Positions 30,034 through 40,237 of a stretch of 64,000 bases of DNA are shown here, one piece after another. Every line of letters begins with the position of its first letter. Within the stretch, counting starts at the first letter, position 1. The notes beneath the pieces are model-generated. The model had not been told where the DNA came from. It saw only the letters and a list, made by a program, of their open reading frames with translations, and searched no databases. A program made the translations under genes and the position numbers. Origin of the DNA: Cenarchaeum sp. (GTDB lineage Archaea > Thermoproteota > Nitrososphaeria > Nitrososphaerales > Nitrosopumilaceae); contig OY843768.1 of the NCBI GenBank assembly GCA_963693095.2, positions 896,001-960,000 on the forward strand, written 5' to 3'.

Positions 30034-30633
30034 TCAGCTCAGTATCGGCTGGTCATCAAGCCTGGCGAGCTGCTCGGCGAGCCTTTCGTCATCCTCATCA
30101 CCATAGGATATTAGCACCTTGTCGCCGTCCTCTACGACATAGTCAGTTATGCCGGGAACAGACTCGCCGTTGATGTAGAACTTTAGCGCAAAGTCCTCAT
30201 CTGTGCAGAACGTGCGCGACCGGTCAGGGAAGATATAGCACTCATCGGTGAGCTCCACGTCAAGGGTCTCAAAGAGGTAGCCCAGCGTCACATTGGCCGC
30301 ATGGCGATGTATCGTCGTGCCGTCCTGGTTCTCAAAGTGTATCCAGTTGTCCTGAACCTGGTACGACTGGCCAGAATACTCAAACCTGTCCCCATGTATG
30401 AGCGTGAGTACCGAGGCGTGCTCGTGCTCGCCACCCAGAGGACCGGCACCAGGAGGCGAGCCAGGAAGGTTGCCGCCGCTGTCGATAAACGTGATCGCAG
30501 CATACGCGACGATCGCGCCGACTGTGGCCAGGACGCCTGCGGCGATTAGCTGGTTCTTTCTCTTTGCCTTTGTGCGCTTTGCCGCAAAGGTCTCGCGCTT
30601 CTCCACGCGCTCGCGGCGTGCTTTTTTGCCCAT
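30034..30633 (-). CDS. Membrane-anchored hypothetical protein
   Basis: Basic N-terminus, one TM helix and His motifs (HEHA, IHFE, IHRH). Confidence 0.8.
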   Translation of the reverse strand: MGKKARRERVEKRETFAAKRTKAKRKNQLIAAGVLATVGAIVAYAAITFIDSGGNLPGSPPGAGPLGGEHEHASVLTLIHGDRFEYSGQSYQVQDNWIHFENQDGTTIHRHAANVTLGYLFETLDVELTDECYIFPDRSRTFCTDEDFALKFYINGESVPGITDYVVEDGDKVLISYGDEDDERLAEQLARLDDQPILS

Positions 30634-30987
30634 TCTGCGGCCACGGGCCAGATCGCCCTAATTAAGCTAAACGCGCGCCCTGCAGCTTGCCATGTGCGCA
30701 GAACAGGCCCAAAACGGCCATATCATGGTTTAGACCCCTCGGCCGGGTTGTCTTGTACGAAAAGTAGTGGACTAGGCAAGAATGATTGCCTGGCGCAGAT
30801 CCGGGAAGCCCCCTGAGAGCCTACTGGTCCGACAGGCTGCCGAAATACGCGTTTGAGGTGAAGGGCTCTGGAGCCGGTGAGCCATGTCGCCCATGAAGAC
30901 GGGCACGAGAAGCTCGAGGGGCGGAGGATGACAGTGAATAGGTCTGCTTTTGTGCTGAACAGGCCAGCATATGCGTGAGCGTGCGGT

Positions 30988-31938
30988 ATGTCGACGTGTA
31001 TGGGCACGGCAACGCCGGCCATAGTCGTGATCCGCACCGTCGCGCTGGGCTCCACCGAGGTCGACTTTGACGAGGCCGTCAGGTTTGGCGACTCGCCGAC
31101 GGCCGCGCAGCACGCCGAGCACTGGACCGTCATGGAGGGCTCCAATGGAAGGGCAGTCGATGGAGCCGAAGTGGTCAGGGGCGGGCTGACCGTGCGCCTC
31201 TCGCACGCGGAACTCTCGGGTGCGGCATCCATGCCCACCGTGGCGTACGCGCGGGACGCCGACGATGCGGCGCGCGTGCGGGACTGGGCGACGGCGCCCA
31301 ACCTCCTGGCCGACGCGCCAGCAGAGGCCGCCGCCGACGGCCTGCCGCCGCGCGTGACAGACCTGGCAGTGACCGTATCGCGCCCCGGTGAGGCCGACGC
31401 GCCAGCGCGCACGTACGCGCGGGCAGGGGACACGGTCACAGTCACGGCGACGCTGAGCGAGGGCGCCGGCACGACCGACCCCACGATACTCATCGGCGAG
31501 AGGAGCTTTGGCATGACGTCGCCGGGCATAGCCAGGCTGTCCTGGACGCACGCATACGCGGTGCCGGCGACGGACGCCGCGCAGGGCGAGTTTGCGTTCC
31601 TCGTCAGCGCGGCAGACGTCGGCGGTAACCCCGTGCGCGCGGCACACCCCACGTCAGGCGGCGCGTTCATCGACACCGTGCTGCCAACGTTTACGGCGCG
31701 CACGCTCGGGGACGGAGCTGTTGGGGTCACCTTCGCCGAGCCGGTGAGCGGCACTGTGGAGGCCTCCGAGTGGACAGTCATGGGGGCAGCGGCGACCGGC
31801 GTGGCCGACTCCACGGACGGCCCGTTCGGCGACTCGCTTGAGCTCGAGTCGGCCACGGCGTTTGTCCTAGAGCACAAATCCCGGACCGACACGGGCGGCA
31901 CGCCAGCAGTCGTGTACAGCCCGCGCGCCACATCCTAG
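30988..31938 (+). pseudogene. Fragment of a large repetitive surface protein (Ig-like repeats)
   Basis: Two related units (RT...V.F.E.V...WTV). No signal peptide or anchor; in-frame TGA at 30976 just upstream. Confidence 0.5.
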
Positions 31939-32056
31939 CGCGCCTGCCCAGGGTCGCGTGACCCGCCCATGATCCGCAGCCGCCATCCCCGCCGTGCGCA
32001 GTGCCGCGCCCACCCGATCGCCACTGATAATAGGCGGGTCGGCAGGCACTGCGCGC

Positions 32057-32458
32057 GTGGAGTGCATATTTTGCGACATTGTGGCCAAAAGGCGCCCCGC
32101 GCACATGGTATACGAGGACGAGCGCCACGTCGCGTTCCTTGACAAGTACCCCATAGACGAGGGCCACACGCTAGTCGTGCCAAGGGAGCACCACGAGAGG
32201 ATAACGGACATGCGGCCCGATGACGTCGCGGCCCTCTTTGCCACAGTTCCCGGCGTGGCGAGGACAATGATGGCGGCCACGGACGGCGTGGCGTTCAATA
32301 TCGCGCAGAACAACGGCAGGGAGGCCATGCAGATAGTCCCGCACGTGCACGTGCACGTCATTCCCCGCAAGGCCGACAGGAAGGCAGGATGGACAAAGCG
32401 CCGCATACCCGAAGACGCCGAGCTTGCCGAGCTCGCAGCGCGCGCACGCAGTGCCTAG
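32057..32458 (+). CDS. HIT family hydrolase
   Basis: CIFC, GHTLVVP and the HVHVHVIP triad. GTG start at 32057. Confidence 0.95.
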   Translation: MECIFCDIVAKRRPAHMVYEDERHVAFLDKYPIDEGHTLVVPREHHERITDMRPDDVAALFATVPGVARTMMAATDGVAFNIAQNNGREAMQIVPHVHVHVIPRKADRKAGWTKRRIPEDAELAELAARARSA

Positions 32459-33738
32459 CGTCCAGAGTGGCCAGGGTTGTAGCGCAGGATCGCCCCAACT
32501 CCCCCAAGGCTAGAGAGCATTGCGCCATGCTCGGCGCTCCCCGAGATCACCTCCACGCGCGATCCCACCTTTGATGCCACAAGTGACGCATAGTCCACGA
32601 TATCCTGCGAGTGGACCTCCATGTCAGATGACGAGCATGACGCGCAGCCTGCCGAGATGAGCGCAGACTTGCGCGGAATGACTTCGGCCATGCGCACGTG
32701 CTCCTCGGCCTCCACGCCGCACTTGCGGCACCTGGAGGCAATGCGGTGCATGTCAATCGTGTCAGTCACAAGGAGCGTCTCGACGATATTGTCGCGCAAG
32801 AGCCCGAGAACCTCGTCGAGGCCATAGGCGCCCTTGCCAGAGTGCGAGTTTATCTCCCTAAACAGCGCAGCGACTGCGGTCTTTTCCTCGACCATCCTAA
32901 AGTCGGCGAGCACGTCACTGGATCTCGCAAAGGCCTCTCGCACGCCCTCGGCACCCGCATACGACGTGTCAAGCGTGGAGAGAACCATGTCCTGGAGGCG
33001 ATACTCGAGATACCCCCCGTTGACAAACTCCTCCTTTGTCGGGCCCGGACCTGACACTACCAGGCCCCTAATCTTGTAAATGTCGATAAAGTACTCGCGC
33101 GTCGTCTCGGCAACTCTGTTGAAATAGTGCGTGAGCTCCTGCTCGCGCAGCTTTTGGAACCTCTTGGCGGACTGGCCCCCCTGCCTGTGCTTGCCGGCCA
33201 CGCCGGAGCCCGTCTCGGAGAGGACATCAAGGCGGTCACCATGAAGGAGCCCCCAGCCGGCGTCCTTTGCGTCTATTGCGAGAAACCCTATGAGGTTTTC
33301 GTCCTTTAGCATGTCCTTTAGCAGGTCCACGTGAAAGTGGTCATCGCACCTGTACAGGTATGTCTTTAGGTCCTTTGGGGGATCGATCTCGTATGCCTGC
33401 ACGGTCTCGCTGCCGAGCGGGCCGCCCCCTTCTGGCGGAAGCGCGCCGCAAAAGATCACAAGGCCGCGTTCGGGTGTCCTCTTGTACAGGCGAAGGCGCT
33501 GTATGACCTTGCCGAGCGAGTCGACAACGTGCGTTCGCGTTACATCGGACTTTATGTTTGACGCCGTTCCCTGCTCCTCGCGCAGGCCATTGATCACCTC
33601 ATGGAGCTGCTTGCCCTTTGGTATGTAGACCGTTATGAGTTCCGTGCCGTGGCCTGACTTGCGTGACAGCTCGTCTAGTGTCTTGCGTATCTTGTACATC
33701 TTTACAGAGTCGTGCTTTGTGATGGCGATCTTTGCCAT
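32455..33738 (-). CDS. prf1: Peptide chain release factor aRF1
   Basis: ASNIKS, YRCD and GGQS motifs. Confidence 0.97.
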   Translation of the reverse strand: MAKIAITKHDSVKMYKIRKTLDELSRKSGHGTELITVYIPKGKQLHEVINGLREEQGTASNIKSDVTRTHVVDSLGKVIQRLRLYKRTPERGLVIFCGALPPEGGGPLGSETVQAYEIDPPKDLKTYLYRCDDHFHVDLLKDMLKDENLIGFLAIDAKDAGWGLLHGDRLDVLSETGSGVAGKHRQGGQSAKRFQKLREQELTHYFNRVAETTREYFIDIYKIRGLVVSGPGPTKEEFVNGGYLEYRLQDMVLSTLDTSYAGAEGVREAFARSSDVLADFRMVEEKTAVAALFREINSHSGKGAYGLDEVLGLLRDNIVETLLVTDTIDMHRIASRCRKCGVEAEEHVRMAEVIPRKSALISAGCASCSSSDMEVHSQDIVDYASLVASKVGSRVEVISGSAEHGAMLSSLGGVGAILRYNPGHSGR

Positions 33739-33798
33739 GTCATGCACCACCATGCCCGCCAACGCGTGCCATATGGCAGGGCACAGCCCTGCCCACGG

Positions 33799-34425
33799 TC
33801 ATAGCTCGTCAAAGACGCGCAGGAACACGTCAAGTGGCTGGTTGCCGCGTATCTTGAACACCTTGTCCCCGTTTGATATCAGGAACGTTGGGGTCGCGTT
33901 AATCCCCTTTGACTGGCCGTGCTCATAGATCTCCATCACGCGCGAGTCATGGCGCGACGAGTCAACACACTCGCCAAATGCCCCGGCGTCAAGTCCCGCG
34001 TCATCGGCAAAGCGCTTGAGCGACGACGGCGTTATCCAGCCGGTTCGCTCGCCGCCCCAGTTCTCATATAGCGCGTCATGGTACTCCCAGAACATCCCCT
34101 GCTCTCCGGCACAATGCGACGCCGAGGCGGCCATGAGCGAGTCCGGGCCATTGAGTGGAAAGTCCATAAAGACGAGCTTTGCCCTGCCCGTCTCGACATA
34201 GTCGCGCTTTATGATCTCAAGGGACGACCCGTGGAACATCTGGCAGTTCGTGCACTGATAGTCGCCCCACTCCTCTATCGTGATCGGCGCGTCAGGATCG
34301 CCGAGCTCCATGATCGCATAGGCCGGTGCTGGCGCAGGCGTGCCTGTCCCCCCCATCGCCACGGCCGAGTATGCCACGACTATCGCCGCAGCCACGACCC
34401 CGGCGATCACAAATGTGCGCCTCAT
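33799..34425 (-). CDS. DsbA-family thioredoxin-fold protein
   Basis: GDYQCTNC and GINATPTF, with an N-terminal TM. Confidence 0.92.
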   Translation of the reverse strand: MRRTFVIAGVVAAAIVVAYSAVAMGGTGTPAPAPAYAIMELGDPDAPITIEEWGDYQCTNCQMFHGSSLEIIKRDYVETGRAKLVFMDFPLNGPDSLMAASASHCAGEQGMFWEYHDALYENWGGERTGWITPSSLKRFADDAGLDAGAFGECVDSSRHDSRVMEIYEHGQSKGINATPTFLISNGDKVFKIRGNQPLDVFLRVFDEL

Positions 34426-34516
34426 GGTGCGCCATGGCCGATCTAGGCGTTATAATGTATTGCCCCGCCATGGGTGCCCGGAAGGGCGCAAAATACTTAA
34501 ATCAACGGCAGGGAGC

Positions 34517-34735
34517 GTGCGTGCATTGACGCAGGCGCAGATCGCAGTACCGGCACGGATAGCCCGATCGGCACTAATCGCGCTCGCCGCAGTCTTTGTC
34601 CTAGGCGTGTTTGCCATGGGATTTGACCAGGGTCACATCCTCAGCGTCGTAGAGGGCTCGCAGGCCTTTGACACAATGTACCTCCACGAGCTCTCCCACG
34701 ACGTGAGGCACGCCGCAGGGTTCCCGTGCCACTAG
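34517..34735 (+). CDS. cbtB: CbtB-like cobalt transporter subunit
   Basis: C-terminal HELSHDVRHAAGFPCH. Confidence 0.9.
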   Translation: MRALTQAQIAVPARIARSALIALAAVFVLGVFAMGFDQGHILSVVEGSQAFDTMYLHELSHDVRHAAGFPCH

Positions 34736-34741
34736 CACATC

Positions 34742-35470
34742 ATGCGCTCTGCGAGGTTTATCGCCATAGTGCTCGCATCCGGAGCCATGGCAGGCCTGGT
34801 ATTTGGCTCGACTAGCTCAATCCTGGCCGGCCCCTACCTCGAGGGCGCAGTCATGCTCGAGGCGCAGGGAATCGCGCGCGCCGGCGTGCCCAACGAGGAC
34901 GCGTTCTGGGCAGGATACGCCGAGTACAGGGGATGGCAGGGCGGCGGCGCGCTGCTCGCGTCAGTTGTGCTCGGGTGCGCATTTGCGGCCATGTATGGCC
35001 TCGTCTACCTGCTCTACGGAAGGCACGTGCCGGGCGCGACGAACCGCACAAAAGAGTTTGCGCTAGCCGGCGCAATGTGGCTGGCGCTCTATATTGTTCC
35101 CATTGCAAAGTACCCCCCCGGCCTTCCCGGCGACGGGGATCCCGCAACGCTTGACATGCGAATTGCGCTCCATGTGACCATCGTGCTGATCTCGGGCATC
35201 TCGGCCATATGCCTCCATCGGGCATCTGTCGGCGCAAGCGGCATAAAAAAGGCCCCGTTTGCCGCCGCATGGGTCACAATTGTGATCACGGCAGTTGTGC
35301 TGATGCCGTCTAGCCCGGACACGGCAATGTCGTCCCAGTCATCGATTGACGCGTTTAGGGCAACATCTGCGATCGCCGTGACCGCATACTGGGTGGCGCT
35401 TCCGGCCATCTTTGGGGCATTCTGGCGCCGATATGGCCATGACGTCCACATGCGGGCACCACGCGGGTAG
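34742..35470 (+). CDS. cbtA: CbtA-like cobalt transporter subunit
   Basis: Multi-TM protein with KYPPGLPG.GDP.T; follows cbtB. Confidence 0.85.
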   Translation: MRSARFIAIVLASGAMAGLVFGSTSSILAGPYLEGAVMLEAQGIARAGVPNEDAFWAGYAEYRGWQGGGALLASVVLGCAFAAMYGLVYLLYGRHVPGATNRTKEFALAGAMWLALYIVPIAKYPPGLPGDGDPATLDMRIALHVTIVLISGISAICLHRASVGASGIKKAPFAAAWVTIVITAVVLMPSSPDTAMSSQSSIDAFRATSAIAVTAYWVALPAIFGAFWRRYGHDVHMRAPRG

Positions 35471-35537
35471 CGCTCGTGTGCAGGATTGTGGATTTCGGTT
35501 ATAGTTTAAATAATTCCACGCTGCCCAAATGAAAACA

Positions 35538-35873
35538 ATGGCAAAGCGCCGCCCAAGCCTGCTGCAGCTCAAAAAGTATGACGTGACGCAAAAGGTCATA
35601 GCCGCACTGACCAACGTCGAGTCTCGCGCGATACTCTTTGCGACCGTAAAGGCCGGAAGAACCGCCCCAGAGCTCGCCTCACGCCTGCGCATACCCCTCA
35701 GCACCGTATACAAGAAGATATCAGAGCTCGAGGAGATTGCGCTCATCGACAGGCAGATCACCTTTAACGAGTCTGGCGGGAGGGTAAAGGTGTGCAAGGC
35801 GCGCATAAACGCAGCCGAGATCCATGTGAGTGGGAAGGAGCCGCGGGTCGTCCTCTCGCAAAACACGCGCTGA
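35538..35873 (+). CDS. ArsR-like winged-HTH regulator
   Basis: ELASRLRIPLSTVYKKISEL. Start is 35529 or 35538. Confidence 0.85.
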   Translation: MAKRRPSLLQLKKYDVTQKVIAALTNVESRAILFATVKAGRTAPELASRLRIPLSTVYKKISELEEIALIDRQITFNESGGRVKVCKARINAAEIHVSGKEPRVVLSQNTR

Positions 35874-35920
35874 GGCGCCGACCGGACACGCTTGCGCCAT
35901 AGGGTTATTTAGCCACACAG

Positions 35921-37063
35921 GTGGCTCGCGTCATGGATCGCCACGGATTTGACGGCGTGGACATACCCCACATGGACATTGGTCCGGAGACCGGAATAGC
36001 GGGGCTCGTTGAGGCCTTTGCGCAGAGCGGCTACAACGCAAGGCAGCTCGGGCGTGCTGCCCACATATGGGGCGAGATGATCCGCGAGGGCGCAACAATA
36101 TGCCTCACGATGTCTGGCGCAATGTCCCCCGTTGGCCATGGCGGGATCATAAAGTCGCTAATCGAGCGCGGGTTTGTGGACTGGATAGTGACCACCGGCG
36201 CAAACGTGTACCATGAGGAGCACTTTGCGTGGAACCTGCCCGTGCGCCAGGGCCACGCCGACGTTGATGACATGGTTCTCTATGACAGGGAGATTGTGCG
36301 CATACGTGACGTTTTCATAAAGTTCTACGAGACGCTAGAGTCCCAGGACCAGATAATCCAAAAGATGTTTCGCGACAAGTTTACTGACGCGCCGTTCACC
36401 ACTGCAGAGTTTTGCAATGAGATCGGAAGGGTGAGCTCAGAGTTTGCGCCTCATCCGGACAAGAGCTTTGTGGTGGCCGCGCACAAGCACGGCGTGCCTC
36501 TATACGTGTCCACGCTAAAGGACTCGTCGCTTGCGCTCAACCTTGCGGTTCACAGGCTGCGAGGAAAAGAGTACAATCTCGACATTGTGCGCGAGATAAT
36601 AGAGCAGGCCGCAATCGTGTATGATTCGGACAAGTCCGGCATTGTGGAGCTTGGCGGCGGGGTCCCAAAGAACACCGCACAGCAGACCGGCCCGCTCCTC
36701 GACCAGATTCTCCGGCGCGGGGACGGCGGGCAGGACTATATCATACAGGTGACTGACGCGAGGCCTGACACGGGGGGCCTCTCTGGGGCCACACTGCAGG
36801 AGGGCAAGAGCTGGGGAAAGGTCCATGACGCAAACCGCGGAATGGCAACCGTGTATGCCGACTCGACGATAGCGTTTCCCATACTTGCGCTCTATGTCAT
36901 GGCAACGCAAAAGTCGCGCAAGCCGCGCCGCATCTATGACAGGCTAGGCGAGCTGTACTCAAAGCTAAGTGACGACTATTTTTCCGGAGACGACAGGTAT
37001 TATGACATTCTAGACGAGTCGTACCGCCCCAAGCGCAACATGCCGCACGGCAGCCGATCCTAG
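35921..37063 (+). CDS. Deoxyhypusine synthase family protein (DHS/homospermidine synthase-like)
   Basis: TTGAN, GGGVPKN and GGLSGATLQEGKSWGK. Confidence 0.9.
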   Translation: MARVMDRHGFDGVDIPHMDIGPETGIAGLVEAFAQSGYNARQLGRAAHIWGEMIREGATICLTMSGAMSPVGHGGIIKSLIERGFVDWIVTTGANVYHEEHFAWNLPVRQGHADVDDMVLYDREIVRIRDVFIKFYETLESQDQIIQKMFRDKFTDAPFTTAEFCNEIGRVSSEFAPHPDKSFVVAAHKHGVPLYVSTLKDSSLALNLAVHRLRGKEYNLDIVREIIEQAAIVYDSDKSGIVELGGGVPKNTAQQTGPLLDQILRRGDGGQDYIIQVTDARPDTGGLSGATLQEGKSWGKVHDANRGMATVYADSTIAFPILALYVMATQKSRKPRRIYDRLGELYSKLSDDYFSGDDRYYDILDESYRPKRNMPHGSRS

Positions 37064-37272
37064 AACTTGTCGTACCTTGCGCGCTCTAGGGCGCGGTCGT
37101 CCTTTGTCTCCTTTTTCCACTCCTTGTAGTGGGTCTTGCACAGGACTGCCTTTTTGCCTGGCGCAGCCAGGCGCAGGCCGGCCTCCTCGACCCTCTTTGT
37201 GTTGATGGATCGCGATCCCTCGTCGTCGCACCCGTCGACGTCGCAGCGCGCCCCCTTTGACACAACTCCCAT
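37060..37272 (-). CDS. Small Cys/His protein
   Basis: MGVVSKGARCDVDGC...LCKTHYKEWKK, with TATAAATA about 23 nt upstream. Confidence 0.75.
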   Translation of the reverse strand: MGVVSKGARCDVDGCDDEGSRSINTKRVEEAGLRLAAPGKKAVLCKTHYKEWKKETKDDRALERARYDKF

Positions 37273-37358
37273 GGGAGGCGCCGCACGGGTAGCCATATTT
37301 ATAGATGGAATCATGGCTGAATTACCGTTTATAAGGGGAGATCCTGCGCAGGGCGCGC

Positions 37359-37730
37359 ATGGGCGGAGCCAAGAAAAAGTCATCGGCACAGCAGGAGAAG
37401 GCGCAGACTGGCGACTCGGCAAAGGTGTCAGGCAAAAAGGGCAAAAAGTCCGGCAAGGACAAGGAGGCCACGTCCTCCAGGGCAGAGATATCAGTCATAC
37501 TGCCCGAGGCACAGGCCGACAAGATAGTCAGGGGCGCAAAGGCCATAACGGTTCTCGAGCTTGCCAGGCAGGCAGGCGTAAAGGCGTCTGCGGCAAACGC
37601 ATACCTGGCCAATGCCGCCAAGGCAGGCAAGCTCAGAATAGCCGGCGGGAACAGCGGCCACCGAATCTATACGGCGGTGAGCAGCGTGAGCACGTCACCG
37701 GCGGCAAGCGAGCCCAGCTCGCCTGCATAG
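37359..37730 (+). CDS. rps25e: 30S ribosomal protein eS25
   Basis: Lys-rich N-terminus and winged helix KAITVLELARQAGVKASAA...IY. Confidence 0.8.
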   Translation: MGGAKKKSSAQQEKAQTGDSAKVSGKKGKKSGKDKEATSSRAEISVILPEAQADKIVRGAKAITVLELARQAGVKASAANAYLANAAKAGKLRIAGGNSGHRIYTAVSSVSTSPAASEPSSPA

Positions 37731-38056
37731 TCGGCCATCCTGCCCAGCGGCGACATCTCCTGTGAGGGCGTGACATCCGAGTCCACAAAGCAGATGCTTC
37801 CGGCCTGCGGATAGAACGCAATGTCCCCACGCCTAAATGTCCCCCTCGGGCGCTCCACGCCGGACTGTAGGCCCGTCTCAAGGTAGACGATCGAGGAGCC
37901 CAGGCGGTGCATGTTGCCCGATAGAGGCAGCGAGCGGGCGATCAGGCCAACGGTGGCCGGCGAGAGGTGCCTCTTTAGCTCGCAGCGTATGCGCACCCCA
38001 GAGGAGGACTCTAGGCTCAGGCGCACAGCAGAAGGCGCGGCGCTCAGCGCAGGCAC
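37667..38056 (-). CDS. Cyclophilin-like fold protein
   Basis: HLSPATV...LP and GDIAFYP...ICF. Start uncertain. Confidence 0.8.
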   Translation of the reverse strand: MPALSAAPSAVRLSLESSSGVRIRCELKRHLSPATVGLIARSLPLSGNMHRLGSSIVYLETGLQSGVERPRGTFRRGDIAFYPQAGSICFVDSDVTPSQEMSPLGRMADYAGELGSLAAGDVLTLLTAV

Positions 38057-38159
38057 GCCTCGCGGGGGGTCGAATTTGGGCCATGGGCGCCCATGCAGAG
38101 TGCCACACGGGCAAGTAATTAGAATGGGATATATAACCGTTTTTTGGCGTTGCGTCTGA

Positions 38160-38639
38160 TTGTCCAGTCAAACCGCGCCGGAGCTTGACCCTAGTGTGGG
38201 TGCAGAGGCCGAGGAGGACGAGCTCGAGCACGTCGAGGACGCTGGCCTCGCAAAGGCCATAGAGGCGTATCGCAAGGCAGCCGGAGAGAACCTCAGCGAC
38301 GAGCAGCGCGCCGAGGTCGAAAAGCGCGTCAGCGAGATGATGAGCCGCGAGATTATCGAGGTCGACGAGGTTCACGTTCCCGTCGAGATACCCGTTGAAA
38401 AGTCCAAGGTGAGCGTAGGCCCGCCCACGCTGACGAGGTTTGAAAAGGCCCGAATTATCGGCGCGCGCGCCCTGCAGCTCTCACTTGGCGCACCACCGTT
38501 CATAGACATACCTAGCACAGCCCACACGTCACTTGACATAGCGATGAAGGAGCTCGAGGGCAGGGTTCTCCCAATAGTCATAAAGCGCGTGCTGCCAAAC
38601 GGCGACTATCAGAACATACCTCTAGATCACTTCGCCTAG
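38160..38639 (+). CDS. rpoK: RNA polymerase subunit Rpo6 (RpoK) with acidic N-terminal extension
   Basis: LTRFEKARIIGARALQLSLGAP. Confidence 0.95.
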   Translation: MSSQTAPELDPSVGAEAEEDELEHVEDAGLAKAIEAYRKAAGENLSDEQRAEVEKRVSEMMSREIIEVDEVHVPVEIPVEKSKVSVGPPTLTRFEKARIIGARALQLSLGAPPFIDIPSTAHTSLDIAMKELEGRVLPIVIKRVLPNGDYQNIPLDHFA

Positions 38640-38642
38640 GGC

Positions 38643-39053
38643 CTACGTGTCGCTAGCCTTTAGGAGCATGCTTTCGCACTCTTTGCATATCTTTTCGTCA
38701 ATGTTTGACTCTAGCTTGTGGTGTATCTCGCATATGAGAAGGCTAGAGCGCACATAGTTGCACATTCCTATAAACATCGAGAGGCTTGAAGGCGTGTACG
38801 CCTTGTCAGAGGCGAGCTTTTCGCTCAGCTCTGTGAGCATCTCAGACACGCGATCCTCGGCGAGAAGCTTGTCTATGAGGCGCTTGTCCCCGCGCACGCC
38901 ACGGATATAGTTGCTCACGGCGGCCTGCGTGACGCCGAGCATCTTTGAGATCTCGTCCTCGCGGATCTTGTGATCCCTTGACAGCTTTTGCGCTAGGATC
39001 GCACGAAGGGCAGGAATGAGCGTCTTTGACTCAATCTCTGCAGGAAGGAGCAC
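38643..39053 (-). CDS. HTH transcriptional regulator (ThiR N-terminal-like)
   Basis: P.EIESK.LIPALRA, LGVTQAAVSNY and CEIH. GTG start at 39053. Confidence 0.85.
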   Translation of the reverse strand: MLLPAEIESKTLIPALRAILAQKLSRDHKIREDEISKMLGVTQAAVSNYIRGVRGDKRLIDKLLAEDRVSEMLTELSEKLASDKAYTPSSLSMFIGMCNYVRSSLLICEIHHKLESNIDEKICKECESMLLKASDT

Positions 39054-39137
39054 GTCACGCGTGCCACGCATGAAAGCATTTAAAGTTATCAGCGTGTATG
39101 GCGCCATTCCATGAAAGCGCACACGGGGCAGGACAGG

Positions 39138-40094
39138 GTGGACGAGCTCACCACGGCCGTACGGGCCGCAGTGGGTGCGGCAGTCGAGTCGTGCGGGCCC
39201 GGCACGATCGCGCTCTCTGGCGGCCTGGACAGCTCGATCATCGCCGCGCTGCGCGCAGGCTCAGAGTCGACGAGGACCATGAGCGTCATCGCCGGAGACT
39301 TTGAGTCACCAGACGGGGCGTACGGCCAGGCAATGGCCCGCCGTGCCGGCCTCGAGCACGAGGTTGTCAATGCCAGCACTTCTGAGGCCCTCGACGCAGT
39401 TGAGGAGGCCACAAGGGTCCTCGGCACGTACAGCCCCATGGAGATACGCAGTGCGGCAGTCATCTGCATTGCCCTGCGCGCCGCGCGCCGCTCTGGCGCA
39501 GGGCTGGTGATAACGGGTGACGGGGCCGACGAGCTCTTTGCGGGGTACTCTTTTCTCGCAAGGGCGCCGCGCGCACAGCTCCGCGAGCGCCTCAAGAGGC
39601 TGCAGCGAATAATGCACTTTCCCTCAATGAGGATGGCCGAGGCCATGGGCATAAAGATGGCCTCGCCGTACCTCGACAGGGCCGTAGTCGAGGTGTCGCG
39701 CACCGTTCCCGAGGAGATGCTCGTCCACGGTGAGGGCGATGCGCGTGTGGGCAAGTGGATACTGCGAAAGGCCTTTGAGCGTGACGTTCCCCACGAGATC
39801 GCCTGGCGCCAAAAGGTGCCAATGTCACGCGGAGCCGGACTCGACGGCCTAGGCGGGTTTCTGGACAGGGCAATGTCTGATGGCACGTTTGCCGAGAGGG
39901 CACGACGCATACTCGAGGACGACGGGGTGCGCATAAGGGACAAGGAGTCGCTCCACTATTACGAGGTCCGCAGGAGGTTCCATGACGCGCCTGCGCGTGC
40001 GCCTGATGGCGCACCAGAGTGCCCTGACTGCCATTCGGACGTGAGCGCCAATGACGCGAGGTTTTGCAGGATGTGCGGCAGGTTTCCGCTCTAG
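39138..40094 (+). CDS. Asparagine synthase C-terminal domain protein with terminal zinc ribbon
   Basis: LSGGLDSS, TGDGADELFAGY, KWILRKAF and CPDC...CRMCG. No glutaminase domain. Confidence 0.9.
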   Translation: MDELTTAVRAAVGAAVESCGPGTIALSGGLDSSIIAALRAGSESTRTMSVIAGDFESPDGAYGQAMARRAGLEHEVVNASTSEALDAVEEATRVLGTYSPMEIRSAAVICIALRAARRSGAGLVITGDGADELFAGYSFLARAPRAQLRERLKRLQRIMHFPSMRMAEAMGIKMASPYLDRAVVEVSRTVPEEMLVHGEGDARVGKWILRKAFERDVPHEIAWRQKVPMSRGAGLDGLGGFLDRAMSDGTFAERARRILEDDGVRIRDKESLHYYEVRRRFHDAPARAPDGAPECPDCHSDVSANDARFCRMCGRFPL

Positions 40095-40237
40095 GCCCTC
40101 TTTGACCACTTGCGCGGCTTTTTTGCAAAGATCTTCATGCACCCGTTGCAGCAGAAATAGTACTTTGTGCCATTATGCTCGTGAACAAGCGCAATCTCCT
40201 CGTCTAGCTCTATTCCACACACTGGATCCACCGGCAC
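40091..40237 (-). CDS. YHS/TRASH domain protein
   Basis: DPVCG...YYFCCNGC. Confidence 0.9.
   Translation of the reverse strand: MPVDPVCGIELDEEIALVHEHNGTKYYFCCNGCMKIFAKKPRKWSKRA

Noticed and set aside
30870-30925. GAGCC...GGGCACG...GCTCGAGGGG resembles group II intron domain V
   Set aside because: The lower stem pairs poorly, and no other intron domains or reverse transcriptase are present. Decayed coding sequence explains it better.
34426-34516. Cobalamin riboswitch upstream of cbtBA
   Set aside because: The spacer is too short and lacks B12-box motifs. The TATA spacing implies a leaderless or very short-leader transcript.
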